A stretch of 64,000 nt of DNA, from positions 1 to 64,000 of the forward strand of contig JAVRCV020000023.1 in assembly GCA_034530615.2 (NCBI GenBank), given 5' to 3'. Shown one piece after another: positions 51,774 through 61,720 of this stretch. The notes under the pieces were generated by a model. That model ran no database searches. It was not told the DNA's origin and worked only from the letters and a program-made list of their open reading frames with translations. Each line of letters starts with the position of its first letter. Within the stretch, counting starts at the first letter, position 1. This stretch comes from Aulosira sp. ZfuVER01 (GTDB lineage: Bacteria > Cyanobacteriota > Cyanobacteriia > Cyanobacteriales > Nostocaceae). Made by a program: the position numbers and the translations under genes.

Positions 51774-54700
51774 ATGCCATCAGTATATTCACAAGCGCAG
51801 CTTGGTGAGCAGCTCGCTGTTGTCTTGGGTGAGAACCTAGAAGATGGAGAACTGCAAAGCTGCTTGGCGGCGATGGAAATTTTGGAACCGCCGATCGCAA
51901 AACAGTTTTGGGAAGCAACAGAGGCAAAGGCAGGAATTTATTTAGTCTTGGTGGGTAAAGTTAGATTGCTGGATAGTGGAGAGAACTTAATTACTACTCT
52001 CTCCCCAGGAGGATCGTTTGGGGAATTGACATTATTTCCCGAAGCAGGTTTGCAACCATACTCTGCCAGATCTTCTGTAAACCTCAAGCTGAGTTATCTC
52101 AAACAAGAGACATTGGAAGCTTTGATGGGCAAATATCCCATCCGCGATCGCCTTTTCGCCCGTGCAGAACTTTGGGATTTACTCATGTTGTGTCGCCAGA
52201 ACGCAATCGCCAAAGGCAATACATCTGTTGAAGATATGCTCAAAGCCTTGTCTTATTTCTCGCGACAGCATCTAGAAATGGGTGCGATCCCAGCTAAACT
52301 AGCCGCAGAAACTCAGTTATGGCTAGTGCGTCAGGGAGAATTACGCCATGCTGATGGTAGCAGATTAATCCCTGGCAACATCTGTGCTCTCAAACCGGGA
52401 AGTTGGCAGGCGACAAAACCCACGATCGCTTACAGTCTTAAACATACCGATTGGCAAACAGCACTGCAACATTGGCGACAATTGGCAGAATTGATTGATT
52501 CCCCAGCACCCCAAATTCCTGTAGAAAAACCAGCGGTATTTACTAGCACCAGCAATAACGTTATTCCCTTTCCTTCTCAAACTCAGCCAAAAAAACCGCA
52601 AAACAGATCGCGTGCTTACTTTCCTAGTCCAAAATTGCAAATGGGGCATTGGTGGGGACGGATTACCCATTATTATCCCTTCTATGCTCAACACAGTGCC
52701 TCAGATTGTGGTGCTGCTTGCTTGGTAATGATTGGTCGCTATTGGGGTAAGCATTTTAGCGTCAATCGGCTGCGGGATATGACCAACGTCGGTCGTAGTG
52801 GCGCATCTTTAGCGGCGATCGCCACAGCAGCCGAAAGCCTGGGTTTCGCCACCCGTCCGGTAAAAGCCACCCTAGATAAATTTGCCGAACAATCTTTACC
52901 CGCGATCGCACACTGGGAAGGAAATCACTTTATCGTCGTCTATGAGATCGCGAAAAAGCAAGTAATTGTAGGCGATCCCGCCCTTGGTCAACGCAAACTT
53001 ACCCTTAAGGAATTTGCCGCAGGTTGGAGTGGCTATGCATTACTTCTACAACCAACATCTCTACTCAAAGATGCTCAGAATCAGGATGTTGGCTTGTGGA
53101 AATTTTTTGAGTTGGTTAAACCCCACTATAAAGTCCTGCTGCAAGTCTTTATCGCTTCTGTACTAATTCAGATATTTGGATTAGTCACCCCAGTATTTAC
53201 CCAGTTATTACTCGACCGAGTACTGGTGCAACGCAGCATTGCTACCCTGAACGCCGTTGGTATTGGGATGATTGTTTTTGGGTTGTTCAGCATTGCCATG
53301 AACGGAGTCAGGACATATTTGCTCAGTCATACTGCCAATCGTATCAGCCTCTCCCTCTTGGTAGGTTTTATCAAACATACCTTCCGCTTGCCCCTTTCTT
53401 ATTTTGAATCCCGTTATGTGGGAGATATCGTCTCCCGTATCGAAGAAAACCAGAAAATTCAAAGCTTCTTAACAGGTCAAACCTTATCCATCGTGCTAGA
53501 TATGCTGACGTTAGTTATCTATCTAGCACTGATGTTTTGGTATAGCTGGAAAATGGCACTATTTGTGCTGTGTACCGTACCACCATTTTTCATTCTGGCG
53601 CTGGCTAGCACAGGGATTTTACGCCGCATCTCCAGAGAGATTTTTAATGCTGGGGCTAAAGAAAACAGCTATATTATCGAATCTCTAACAGGAATTCGGA
53701 CTGTTCGTTCATTGGCAATTGAACAGACTGTGCGTTGGCATTGGGAAGAATTGCTGAATAATTTGATCAAAAAAGCCTTTAATGCGCAGGTGATTGGGAT
53801 TCGCCTCTCCATGCTAAGTGGTGCAATCAATACCTTTACCAGTACGGCATTGATGTGGTTTGGAGCATGGCAAGTCATTCAAGGGGAACTCACCGTTGGT
53901 CAATTAGTTGCTTTCAATATGTTGGTGGGTAACGTCTTAGGCCCTTTTCAAAGGTTTTCCCAACTGTGGAATCAATTTCAAGAAATCATTATTTCCACAG
54001 AACGCATTAATGATGTCCTAGAAGCAGAACCAGAAGAAGACTTGCACAATAAACCCCGCAAGACTTTGGGTAGACTGCGCGGTCACATTCGCTTCGATCG
54101 CGTCACTTTCCGTTATCACCCCGAAAGTAAGACTAACGTCCTAGAAAATATCAATTTTGAAATTCAGCCAGAGCAAATGGTAGCGTTGGTGGGGCGCAGT
54201 GGTTCTGGAAAAACCACCCTGAGCAAGTTAATTTTGGGATTATACCCGCCAACCGATGGCAAAGTGCTAATTGATGGTTGTGACGTGACTGGTATCTCCT
54301 TGCGATCGCTCCGTTCTCAAGTCGGTGTTGTCGATCAAGACACTTTTTTGTTTGGTAGTACAATCCGCGAAAACATTACCATAGCCCACCCAGAAGCAAC
54401 TCTTGACGAAATTATTCAAGCTGCAAAATTAGCCGGAGCAGATGAATTTATCCAGCAACTACCCCTCGGTTACGAAACCCAAATCGGTGAAGGTGGGGGA
54501 ATGCTCTCTGGAGGACAACGCCAACGACTAGCCATAGCCCGTGCTTTGCTAGGAAATCCCCGTTTATTACTGTTTGACGAAGCCACCAGTCACTTAGACA
54601 CAGAATCAGAACGGATAATTCAGAACAATCTGAAAACCATTCTCAAAGGGCGCACCAGTGTCATTATTGCGCATCGTCTTTCCACAGTTCGTAACGCTGA

Positions 54701-54818
54701 CTTAATCCTTGTTTTAGATCGTGGTGTCTTGGTGGAAAGCGGTACTCATGACGAATTAATCGCTAAACAAGGTCATTACTACTATCTGAATCAACAACAA
54801 CTAGCTCAAGTTAGTTGA
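51774..54818 (+). CDS. Peptidase-containing ABC transporter (cNMP-binding + active C39 peptidase + TMD + NBD)
   Basis: QHSASDCGAACL catalytic Cys, HWEGNHFIVV His, GDPA Asp; GRSGSGKT, LSGGQRQR. Confidence 0.95.
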   Translation: MPSVYSQAQLGEQLAVVLGENLEDGELQSCLAAMEILEPPIAKQFWEATEAKAGIYLVLVGKVRLLDSGENLITTLSPGGSFGELTLFPEAGLQPYSARSSVNLKLSYLKQETLEALMGKYPIRDRLFARAELWDLLMLCRQNAIAKGNTSVEDMLKALSYFSRQHLEMGAIPAKLAAETQLWLVRQGELRHADGSRLIPGNICALKPGSWQATKPTIAYSLKHTDWQTALQHWRQLAELIDSPAPQIPVEKPAVFTSTSNNVIPFPSQTQPKKPQNRSRAYFPSPKLQMGHWWGRITHYYPFYAQHSASDCGAACLVMIGRYWGKHFSVNRLRDMTNVGRSGASLAAIATAAESLGFATRPVKATLDKFAEQSLPAIAHWEGNHFIVVYEIAKKQVIVGDPALGQRKLTLKEFAAGWSGYALLLQPTSLLKDAQNQDVGLWKFFELVKPHYKVLLQVFIASVLIQIFGLVTPVFTQLLLDRVLVQRSIATLNAVGIGMIVFGLFSIAMNGVRTYLLSHTANRISLSLLVGFIKHTFRLPLSYFESRYVGDIVSRIEENQKIQSFLTGQTLSIVLDMLTLVIYLALMFWYSWKMALFVLCTVPPFFILALASTGILRRISREIFNAGAKENSYIIESLTGIRTVRSLAIEQTVRWHWEELLNNLIKKAFNAQVIGIRLSMLSGAINTFTSTALMWFGAWQVIQGELTVGQLVAFNMLVGNVLGPFQRFSQLWNQFQEIIISTERINDVLEAEPEEDLHNKPRKTLGRLRGHIRFDRVTFRYHPESKTNVLENINFEIQPEQMVALVGRSGSGKTTLSKLILGLYPPTDGKVLIDGCDVTGISLRSLRSQVGVVDQDTFLFGSTIRENITIAHPEATLDEIIQAAKLAGADEFIQQLPLGYETQIGEGGGMLSGGQRQRLAIARALLGNPRLLLFDEATSHLDTESERIIQNNLKTILKGRTSVIIAHRLSTVRNADLILVLDRGVLVESGTHDELIAKQGHYYYLNQQQLAQVS

Positions 54819-54876
54819 GGAGAAGAGGACATCCTCTACTCTCCACCTGTATCTACCATTTTTGGGATGTAGAACT

Positions 54877-56424
54877 ATGCCATATCCATACACCAATTCC
54901 TCATCCGCACTGGCTAAAGAGGAGCAGGATGAGTATATAAGCTACAGAAATAATTCTGAATTTACTGAAGTTGCCGAACCGAACGCAGATAATACTAACG
55001 ATTTGCACTACAGCACAGAAGAACTATTAGATGCCTTACCTCGGGTTTGGACTCAAGGTGTATTTTATACCTTAGTAGGTTTTGCTATTCTCGCTTTACC
55101 TTGGGCAACCCTTGCCAAGGTAGACGAGACAGGAAGCGCTAGAGGACGGATAGAACCTCAAGGTGCAACCCAAAAATTGGACTCCCAAGTTGGTGGGAGT
55201 GTAAAGCTTGTCAAGGTTAAAGAAGGTGATACTGTCGCAGAGGGACAGGTTTTACTAGAACTTGAGTCTGATGTCTTGCAGACAAACCTTCAGCAAGCTG
55301 AGGCCAAGCTTTCTGGATTGTTAAATCAAAGGGCGCAGTTGGATGTACTGAAAAACCAAGTAAAGTTAACCCTTAGCACTCAAGAACAACAAAACCAATC
55401 CCAAGCCTTGGAGAAACTCTCTCAAGTTAACCAAGCTAAACAAAACCTGGATGCGAAACAGAGTGCTTATAACTTACAAAAGTTAGAAAAACAAGCATTA
55501 GTCAATCAGGTACAGCAACAAGTTAATTCCTCTGGGAATGACCAAAAAGCGGCTGAAAGTCGTTTGAAGATAGACTCTAGACAAGTCCAACGCTTTAGTC
55601 AACTCCTGAAAGATGGTGCTGTTTCTGCAACTCAAATTGACGAACTAATAAAACAAGAACAAGAAAGTAAACGACTTTACGAAAAGGCGAAATCTGACAT
55701 TAAACAAGGCAAATGGCGTTTAACTGAAGAACAAAGCCGCTATCAGGCGACGATGAACCAGTTACAAGCTGATATTGAGCAAGCTAAATTGCGACTGCAA
55801 GAAGAACAAAATAGCTATCAAAGCTTACTGCAAACTGGTAAATTGGCAGTTCTAAAAAACCAGCAACAACTCAAAGATATAGAAACACAAATTGCCGGAT
55901 TGCGATCGCAAGTTCTCCAAGCCAGAAGCGAAATCACATCCTTAAAGATACAGTTACAGCAGAGAATAGTGCGATCGCCTGTAGATGGTACTCTTTTTGA
56001 ATTTCCGATCGGTAAGCCAGGAGCAGTATTACAACCCGGACAAAGAATTGCCCAAGTTGCACCTAGAAATGTTGGTGTTGTCCTCAAAGCTCAAATGCCA
56101 AGTCAAGATAGCGGCTTTTTAAAGGTAGGAATGCCAGTCAAAATCAAATTTGATGCTTATCCTTTCCAAGAGTATGGCATTACTCAAGGAAAAGTTACTT
56201 GGATATCTCCTGACTCCAGGGTACAGCAAACACCCCAAGGCAACATTGAAACCTATGAATTAGAAATCAGCTTAGAGAAACAATATATCCAAAACGGCGA
56301 AAAACGTATTGCCTTAACCGCAGGACAGACAGCCAACGCCGAAGTCATTATTCGTCAGCGTCGGGTAATTGATTTTGTCTTAGATCCGTTTAGGAAACTA
56401 CAAAAAGGCGGTTTAGAAATGTAG
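54877..56424 (+). CDS. HlyD-family secretion adaptor
   Basis: TEELLDALPRVWT + TM, DETGSARGRIEP, coiled coil, KFDAYPFQEYG, GQTANAEVIIRQRR. Confidence 0.93.
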   Translation: MPYPYTNSSSALAKEEQDEYISYRNNSEFTEVAEPNADNTNDLHYSTEELLDALPRVWTQGVFYTLVGFAILALPWATLAKVDETGSARGRIEPQGATQKLDSQVGGSVKLVKVKEGDTVAEGQVLLELESDVLQTNLQQAEAKLSGLLNQRAQLDVLKNQVKLTLSTQEQQNQSQALEKLSQVNQAKQNLDAKQSAYNLQKLEKQALVNQVQQQVNSSGNDQKAAESRLKIDSRQVQRFSQLLKDGAVSATQIDELIKQEQESKRLYEKAKSDIKQGKWRLTEEQSRYQATMNQLQADIEQAKLRLQEEQNSYQSLLQTGKLAVLKNQQQLKDIETQIAGLRSQVLQARSEITSLKIQLQQRIVRSPVDGTLFEFPIGKPGAVLQPGQRIAQVAPRNVGVVLKAQMPSQDSGFLKVGMPVKIKFDAYPFQEYGITQGKVTWISPDSRVQQTPQGNIETYELEISLEKQYIQNGEKRIALTAGQTANAEVIIRQRRVIDFVLDPFRKLQKGGLEM

Positions 56425-56493
56425 TGGCGTGCATCAACCACTCGAATACTAAAAATTCCAGTTTTCATCTACCAAGTACCCAGGAGCAAGATT

Positions 56494-56691
56494 ATGCATC
56501 CAATTGATCTGATGAGAAAATATGGCTGGTCTTACCACAAATTAGCCGCAGAGTTTGGAGTTTCCGAAGCTGAAGCCAGAAGATGGGGATTTAAAAAAAC
56601 TGCTAGCAATTACCGCAATCCCCCATCAATGGCTTACAAACTAGCAGACAAAATAGATCGGGAGCTATCAAATATTTTGGCATCTGCATAG
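56494..56691 (+). CDS. Small Cro/XRE-like helix-turn-helix protein
   Basis: 65 aa; GWSYHKLAAEFGVSEAEARRW; AGGAG RBS upstream. Confidence 0.7.
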   Translation: MHPIDLMRKYGWSYHKLAAEFGVSEAEARRWGFKKTASNYRNPPSMAYKLADKIDRELSNILASA

Positions 56692-56787
56692 CAAACTTCT
56701 CTCACCCGCAATTTTTTCATGCTTGATGGTGTATTGGTTCATCGTCAAAGTTTTGATAAGTTTGTAGTGTTAAATCAGGGTGACACT

Positions 56788-57591
56788 ATGGGACAAATCA
56801 TTACACAGGTGGATGCTTTCACCAATACACCATTTGCAGGTAATCCGGCTGCTGTTTGCATTTTACCTGCTCCCCAAAGCGATCGCTGGATGCAAAATGT
56901 AGCGCAGGAGATGAATTTATCGGAGACGGCTTTTCTCGTCAAACAAGATGATGGCTTTAATTTGCGCTGGTTTACCCCAACGGTGGAAGTACCCCTTTGT
57001 GGTCATGCAACCTTAGCTAGCGCCCATGTACTCTGGTCTGAGGCGCATTTGTTACCAGATGAAATTGCCCGTTTCTATACTAAAAGCGGTGTGTTGATTG
57101 CCAAAAAGCAAGTTAACTGGATTGAGTTAGATTTTCCTGTCAATCATTCACAAGCCACTGTTGCACCCCAAGAACTGAGTCAAGCTTTGGGTGTAGAGTG
57201 TAAATCTGTGTTTCAGAATTCCCTCGGCTATTTAGTAGAGGTAGAGTCTGAGGATTTGGTGCGACAAATGCAGCCCAATTTTCAACAACTGAGAACTTTG
57301 CCTGTTCCTGATGTAATTGTTACTAGCGTTGCTAAACCTGATTCTGAGTACGATTTTGTTTCTCGCTTTTTTGCGCCAGGATTAGGTATTAATGAAGATC
57401 CGGTGACTGGTGCGGCTCATTGCTGTCTTGCTCCTTTTTGGCGCGATCGCTTGGGTAAGGATGAGTTCTTGGCTTATCAAGCATCCAGCCGTGGCGGAGT
57501 GGTGAAGGTGCGGTATGCGGGAGGCGATCGCGTCTTTTTAGCCGGACAAGCTGTTACTGTTTTACGCGGGGAATTAATTATCAAGCAATAG
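56788..57591 (+). CDS. PhzF-family isomerase/epimerase
   Basis: QVDAFT..PFAGNPAAV, EMNLSETAF, EVPLCGHATLA, EDPVTGAAH. Confidence 0.93.
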   Translation: MGQIITQVDAFTNTPFAGNPAAVCILPAPQSDRWMQNVAQEMNLSETAFLVKQDDGFNLRWFTPTVEVPLCGHATLASAHVLWSEAHLLPDEIARFYTKSGVLIAKKQVNWIELDFPVNHSQATVAPQELSQALGVECKSVFQNSLGYLVEVESEDLVRQMQPNFQQLRTLPVPDVIVTSVAKPDSEYDFVSRFFAPGLGINEDPVTGAAHCCLAPFWRDRLGKDEFLAYQASSRGGVVKVRYAGGDRVFLAGQAVTVLRGELIIKQ

Positions 57592-57685
57592 ACATCCGAT
57601 CTGATTTGTGAAAAATAATTTTGTTAAACGAACCACGAAGGACACGAAGAGCGCGAGGAATCAGAAAATTAATGAGCGCGAAGGC

Positions 57686-58555
57686 TTGAGTTGTAAAAAT
57701 ACTCAATTGCAATTATTTTATTCTCATGAAAATGGTGAACTCTGGCAGGGAAATGCAATTGAGTGGCTACGTAATTTAGATACAGAGTCAGTTGATTTAG
57801 CGATTGCCGATCCTCCATATAATATCAAAAAAGCCGAGTGGGATACTTTTGAATCTCAAGCAGCTTATGTTGAATGGTCTTTAGAGTGGATTGAGCAAGT
57901 AGCCCGTATTCTTAAACATACGGGAAGTTTTTATATTTGTGGTTTCTCGGAAATATTAGCTGATATAAAATTACCTGCTTCTCGTTTTTTTAAAGGGTGT
58001 CGTTGGCTCATTTGGCATTACAAGAACAAGGCCAATTTGTCAAATGATTGGGGACGATCCCATGAAAGTATTTTACATTTCCGCAAATCCAAAAATTTCT
58101 ATATGGATATAGAAAATGTCAGAATATTATATGGAGAACATACTTTAAAATATCCTTCACATCCACAAGCTATTACCAGTCAGTATGGAAGTAATGGCAA
58201 GACATGGAATCCCAACTCAAAGGGAGCTAAACCAAGGGATGTGATCGAAATTCCTACAACTTGTAATGGAATGCATGAAAAGACTAAACATCCTACACAG
58301 AAGCCAGAAGAACTGATAAGAAAATTTATTCTCGCTTCATCCAAACGCCAGGATATTGTCATTGACCCTTTTTTAGGTTCAGGAACTACAGCTGTAACTG
58401 CTGAACAATTAGGCAGAAGATGGTTAGGATGTGATATTAATTCTGACTATTTAGAGTTAGCAGTTCAACGGATCAAGAATGCCGATCGCATGAGCGATGA
58501 AGAATGGTTTTGGTTCGATAGAAAAAATGAAGAACGGAGAAAAAGAATTAGGTAA
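57686..58555 (+). CDS. Beta-class N6-adenine/N4-cytosine DNA methyltransferase, apparently orphan
   Basis: DPPY motif IV precedes HPTQKPE and DPFLGSGTT motif I; start uncertain because the upstream GTG 57608 extension runs through a dispersed repeat. Confidence 0.88.
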   Translation: MSCKNTQLQLFYSHENGELWQGNAIEWLRNLDTESVDLAIADPPYNIKKAEWDTFESQAAYVEWSLEWIEQVARILKHTGSFYICGFSEILADIKLPASRFFKGCRWLIWHYKNKANLSNDWGRSHESILHFRKSKNFYMDIENVRILYGEHTLKYPSHPQAITSQYGSNGKTWNPNSKGAKPRDVIEIPTTCNGMHEKTKHPTQKPEELIRKFILASSKRQDIVIDPFLGSGTTAVTAEQLGRRWLGCDINSDYLELAVQRIKNADRMSDEEWFWFDRKNEERRKRIR

Positions 58556-58711
58556 AAAGGCAATCATTGAAGTAGAAGTAGGGTGTGTTATGCCGAAAGG
58601 CTAACGCACCTTGAATTATTTATGCTCTGGTGCGTTACTGCCGTCTGCCTTCAGTAACTAAAATTATTCTGTTGCACAATAGTTAAAGAAGCCCTTATTT
58701 AATTTACAAAA

Positions 58712-59149
58712 ATGCCTCCTAAACAAACAGTTAGTAGAAACTCCATTCAAGCCTGTGACTGGCCGATTGAACAACTACCCGGATTGAGCCAAGAAGAACT
58801 ATCCCGATTGCAAAATTGTGGAATTACAACCACAGGCGCACTAGTTAAACAAGGGAAAACCCTAGAGGACAAAGTGGCGTTAGCTAATAAATTACAAGTT
58901 CATCTTCAGTATGTAAACAAATGGGTAGCTTTGGCAGATTTAGCACGAATTCCCACTGTAGGGACGCAATATTGTGGTTTATTGTTACACGCTGGTATTG
59001 GTTCTGTAGCGCAATTGGCTCAGGTTCCCGCGCACCGATTACACCAACAAATTTTACGCTTGCAGGTAGCAACCATGCAGCGACGAGATTTGTGTCCGGC
59101 GATTGAATTAGTACAGCAGTGGAGTTACCAAGCGCGACAAATAAGTTAA
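58712..59149 (+). CDS. DUF4332 domain protein
   Basis: WPIEQLPGL, KWVALADLARIP.VG.QYCGLLLHAG. Confidence 0.8.
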   Translation: MPPKQTVSRNSIQACDWPIEQLPGLSQEELSRLQNCGITTTGALVKQGKTLEDKVALANKLQVHLQYVNKWVALADLARIPTVGTQYCGLLLHAGIGSVAQLAQVPAHRLHQQILRLQVATMQRRDLCPAIELVQQWSYQARQIS

Positions 59150-59159
59150 AAGTCTAATT

Positions 59160-59190
59160 TTTTGAATTTTGAATTTTGAATTTTGAATTT
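59160..59190. repeat. STRR heptamer repeat (TTTTGAA)n
   Basis: Four tandem units between convergent genes. Confidence 0.85.
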
Positions 59191-59191
59191 T

Positions 59192-59806
59192 TTATTCTTT
59201 CGCTAAAACTCCATTCAGAAAGATATCAGCCAGTCCTTCTGCCATCTGCTGCATTTCTTGGGGGGAAGCGTCGGGTTCCATGAGGGTATTGTTGGAAAAA
59301 CCTGCGATCGCAAACATTCCCAAGAATACCTTAGCAACTAATTTGGCATCCATTTGCCGATAAATGCCTTTATCCATAGCAGTTTGGAAGAAAGCCTCGG
59401 CCACATCGGTCATTTTATTAATCACATCTGATTGAATGCGATCGCGCAAGTCTGGATGAAACTGCACTTCCATAAAGCAAACGCGCATCAAATCGACGTT
59501 TTTTTGGAAATTCCACATCCGGCGGCGCATCACCTGGGCTACAGCCTTATAACTACCCATTTCGCTCAGTTCTGTCAGCAAATCAGTGAGAATATCTACC
59601 CAACCACTAGTTGCCACTTCTACCAAAATCGCCTTTTTATTGGGAAAATGGCGAAATAAAGTGCCCTCAGCTACCCCGGCGGCCTGTGCTAAGTCGCGGG
59701 TTGTAGTACCATCAAAACCTTGAGAGGCAAACAATTTTTGCGCCGCTTGTAAAATGCGGGTACGTGTCTGCGCCTCTGAGGGGGGAGGAGAATTAAAAAC
59801 TCGCAT
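59192..59806 (-). CDS. TetR/AcrR family transcriptional regulator
   Basis: ILQAAQKLFASQGFDGTTTRDLAQAAGVAEGTLFRHFPNK. Confidence 0.95.
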   Translation of the reverse strand: MRVFNSPPPSEAQTRTRILQAAQKLFASQGFDGTTTRDLAQAAGVAEGTLFRHFPNKKAILVEVATSGWVDILTDLLTELSEMGSYKAVAQVMRRRMWNFQKNVDLMRVCFMEVQFHPDLRDRIQSDVINKMTDVAEAFFQTAMDKGIYRQMDAKLVAKVFLGMFAIAGFSNNTLMEPDASPQEMQQMAEGLADIFLNGVLAKE

Positions 59807-60060
59807 AGTAGTTATTGGGAGATCTCCGGAACACGACTTGTAGCATTATTGTCTAACGTTCAGTACAAAAAGCACAGAAAGCTTAATACAAGATTAACGC
59901 TCTGTTTCTCAATTTGCCCGTTTTTGAAGTATTAAACAATTCGTAATTATGTTTTGTAACGGGAACTGTTTATATAAATCAGGGTATCAATCCCTATTGA
60001 ATGACGAATTACGAATTACTAATTACGAATTATGATGAAACTTTACTTTATTTGCTGCTT

Positions 60061-61680
60061 ATGAATCAGCCCAATTGCTTGCAAGCAATTTTATCTTCGT
60101 CAAAGAAGGTATCTATGATCCTTTATCGGTTGTTTGTGACTTTGTTAGCCCTAACAATGCTCTGGTGTGGTTTACTACCAGAAGTCGCTCTAGCTCAGAC
60201 TCAAACAGCACCTCCTGCTCAAAGAGTGCTGTCACCTAGCAAAACTCCGACTTCGATTCAACCTTATCTGGATCGAGTGATTAAGCAGTTGACAGAGTTT
60301 CGCTTAGACAATGGTTTGAAGTTCATTGTTTTAGAACGGCATCAAGCACCTGTAGTTTCTTTTCTGACTTATGCTGATGTGGGTGGAGTGGATGAGCCAG
60401 ATGGCAAAACTGGTGTAGCACACTTTCTAGAACATTTAGCTTTCAAAGGTACAAAGCGCATTGGTACAAAAGACTACAATGCAGAAAAACCACTGCTAGA
60501 AAGACTACAACAGTTAGATGCTCAAATTAAAGCAGCAAAAGCAAGTGGCAAAAAAGATGAAATTGCTAAATTGCAAGCTGAGTTTGAGCGAGTGGAATTA
60601 GAAGCAGCCAAGCTAGTTCAGCAAAATGAAATGGGGCGAATTGTTGAACAAGCTGGAGGCGTGGGTTTAAATGCCAATACTTCTACGGAAGCGACTCGTT
60701 ATTTTTATAGCTTTCCGGCAAATAAGTTGGAACTGTGGATGTCGCTAGAATCAGAGCGATTTCTCGAACCTGTGTTTCGCGAGTTTTATAAAGAAAAAGA
60801 GGTGATTTTAGAAGAACGGCGTTTGCGGGTGGAGAATTCACCCATCGGCTTGATGCTCGAGAAATTTATCGATGCGGCTTATAAAGTTCATCCCTACAAG
60901 CGTCCGGTGATTGGTTATGACCAAGATATCCGCAACCTCACCCCGGGCGATGTGCAAAAGTTTTTTAACAATTATTATGTACCCAGCAATTTAGCGATCG
61001 CTATTGTGGGTGATGTTAACCCAACTGAGGTCAAAAGGCTGGCGCAAACCTACTTTGGACGCTTTCCCACAAAAACAAAAGCTGTTGAGCAAATCTCCAC
61101 AGAACCGCAACAAAAACAAACACGAGAAGTTACTTTACAGCTACCTTCCCAACCTTGGTATTTAGAAGGTTATCACCGTCCAGCAATTACCCATCCAGAT
61201 AATGCTGTATATGAAATTATTGGCAGTTTATTGAGTAACGGACGCACATCGCGGTTGTATAAATCTTTGGTAGAAAAGCAGCAGTTAGCCTTGAATGCCC
61301 AAGGTTTTAGTGGATTTCCCGGAGATAAATACCCAAATCTGATGCTATTTTATGCGCTCACTGCTCCCGGACATACAGTTGATGAGTTGGCGGTGGCTTT
61401 GCGTCAGGAAATTGACAAATTGAAAACTGAGCCTGTAACAGATACGGAATTGCAGCGTGTGAAAACCCAAGCAAGAGCAGGTTTGTTACGTAGTCTCGAT
61501 TCCAATATGGGGATGGCGCAGCAATTGTTGGAATATGAGGTGAAAACTGGCTCTTGGCGAAATTTGTTTAAGCAGTTGGATGAAATTGCGGCAGTGACGA
61601 CTGCTGATATTCAGCGAGTGGCAAAGGCATCGTTTACAGCAGAAAATCGCACGATTGGCAAGTTGTTGTCTAAGGGATAA
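60061..61680 (+). CDS. M16 (pitrilysin-family) zinc peptidase, catalytic subunit, exported
   Basis: GVAHFLEHLAFKGT (HxxEH), LNANTS, EKEVILEERR; N-terminal signal; the ATG 60001 extension is repeat-derived. Confidence 0.93.
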   Translation: MNQPNCLQAILSSSKKVSMILYRLFVTLLALTMLWCGLLPEVALAQTQTAPPAQRVLSPSKTPTSIQPYLDRVIKQLTEFRLDNGLKFIVLERHQAPVVSFLTYADVGGVDEPDGKTGVAHFLEHLAFKGTKRIGTKDYNAEKPLLERLQQLDAQIKAAKASGKKDEIAKLQAEFERVELEAAKLVQQNEMGRIVEQAGGVGLNANTSTEATRYFYSFPANKLELWMSLESERFLEPVFREFYKEKEVILEERRLRVENSPIGLMLEKFIDAAYKVHPYKRPVIGYDQDIRNLTPGDVQKFFNNYYVPSNLAIAIVGDVNPTEVKRLAQTYFGRFPTKTKAVEQISTEPQQKQTREVTLQLPSQPWYLEGYHRPAITHPDNAVYEIIGSLLSNGRTSRLYKSLVEKQQLALNAQGFSGFPGDKYPNLMLFYALTAPGHTVDELAVALRQEIDKLKTEPVTDTELQRVKTQARAGLLRSLDSNMGMAQQLLEYEVKTGSWRNLFKQLDEIAAVTTADIQRVAKASFTAENRTIGKLLSKG

Positions 61681-61720
61681 CGAACCGCTAAGAACGCAAA
61701 GGACGCGAAGGGAACAGAGT

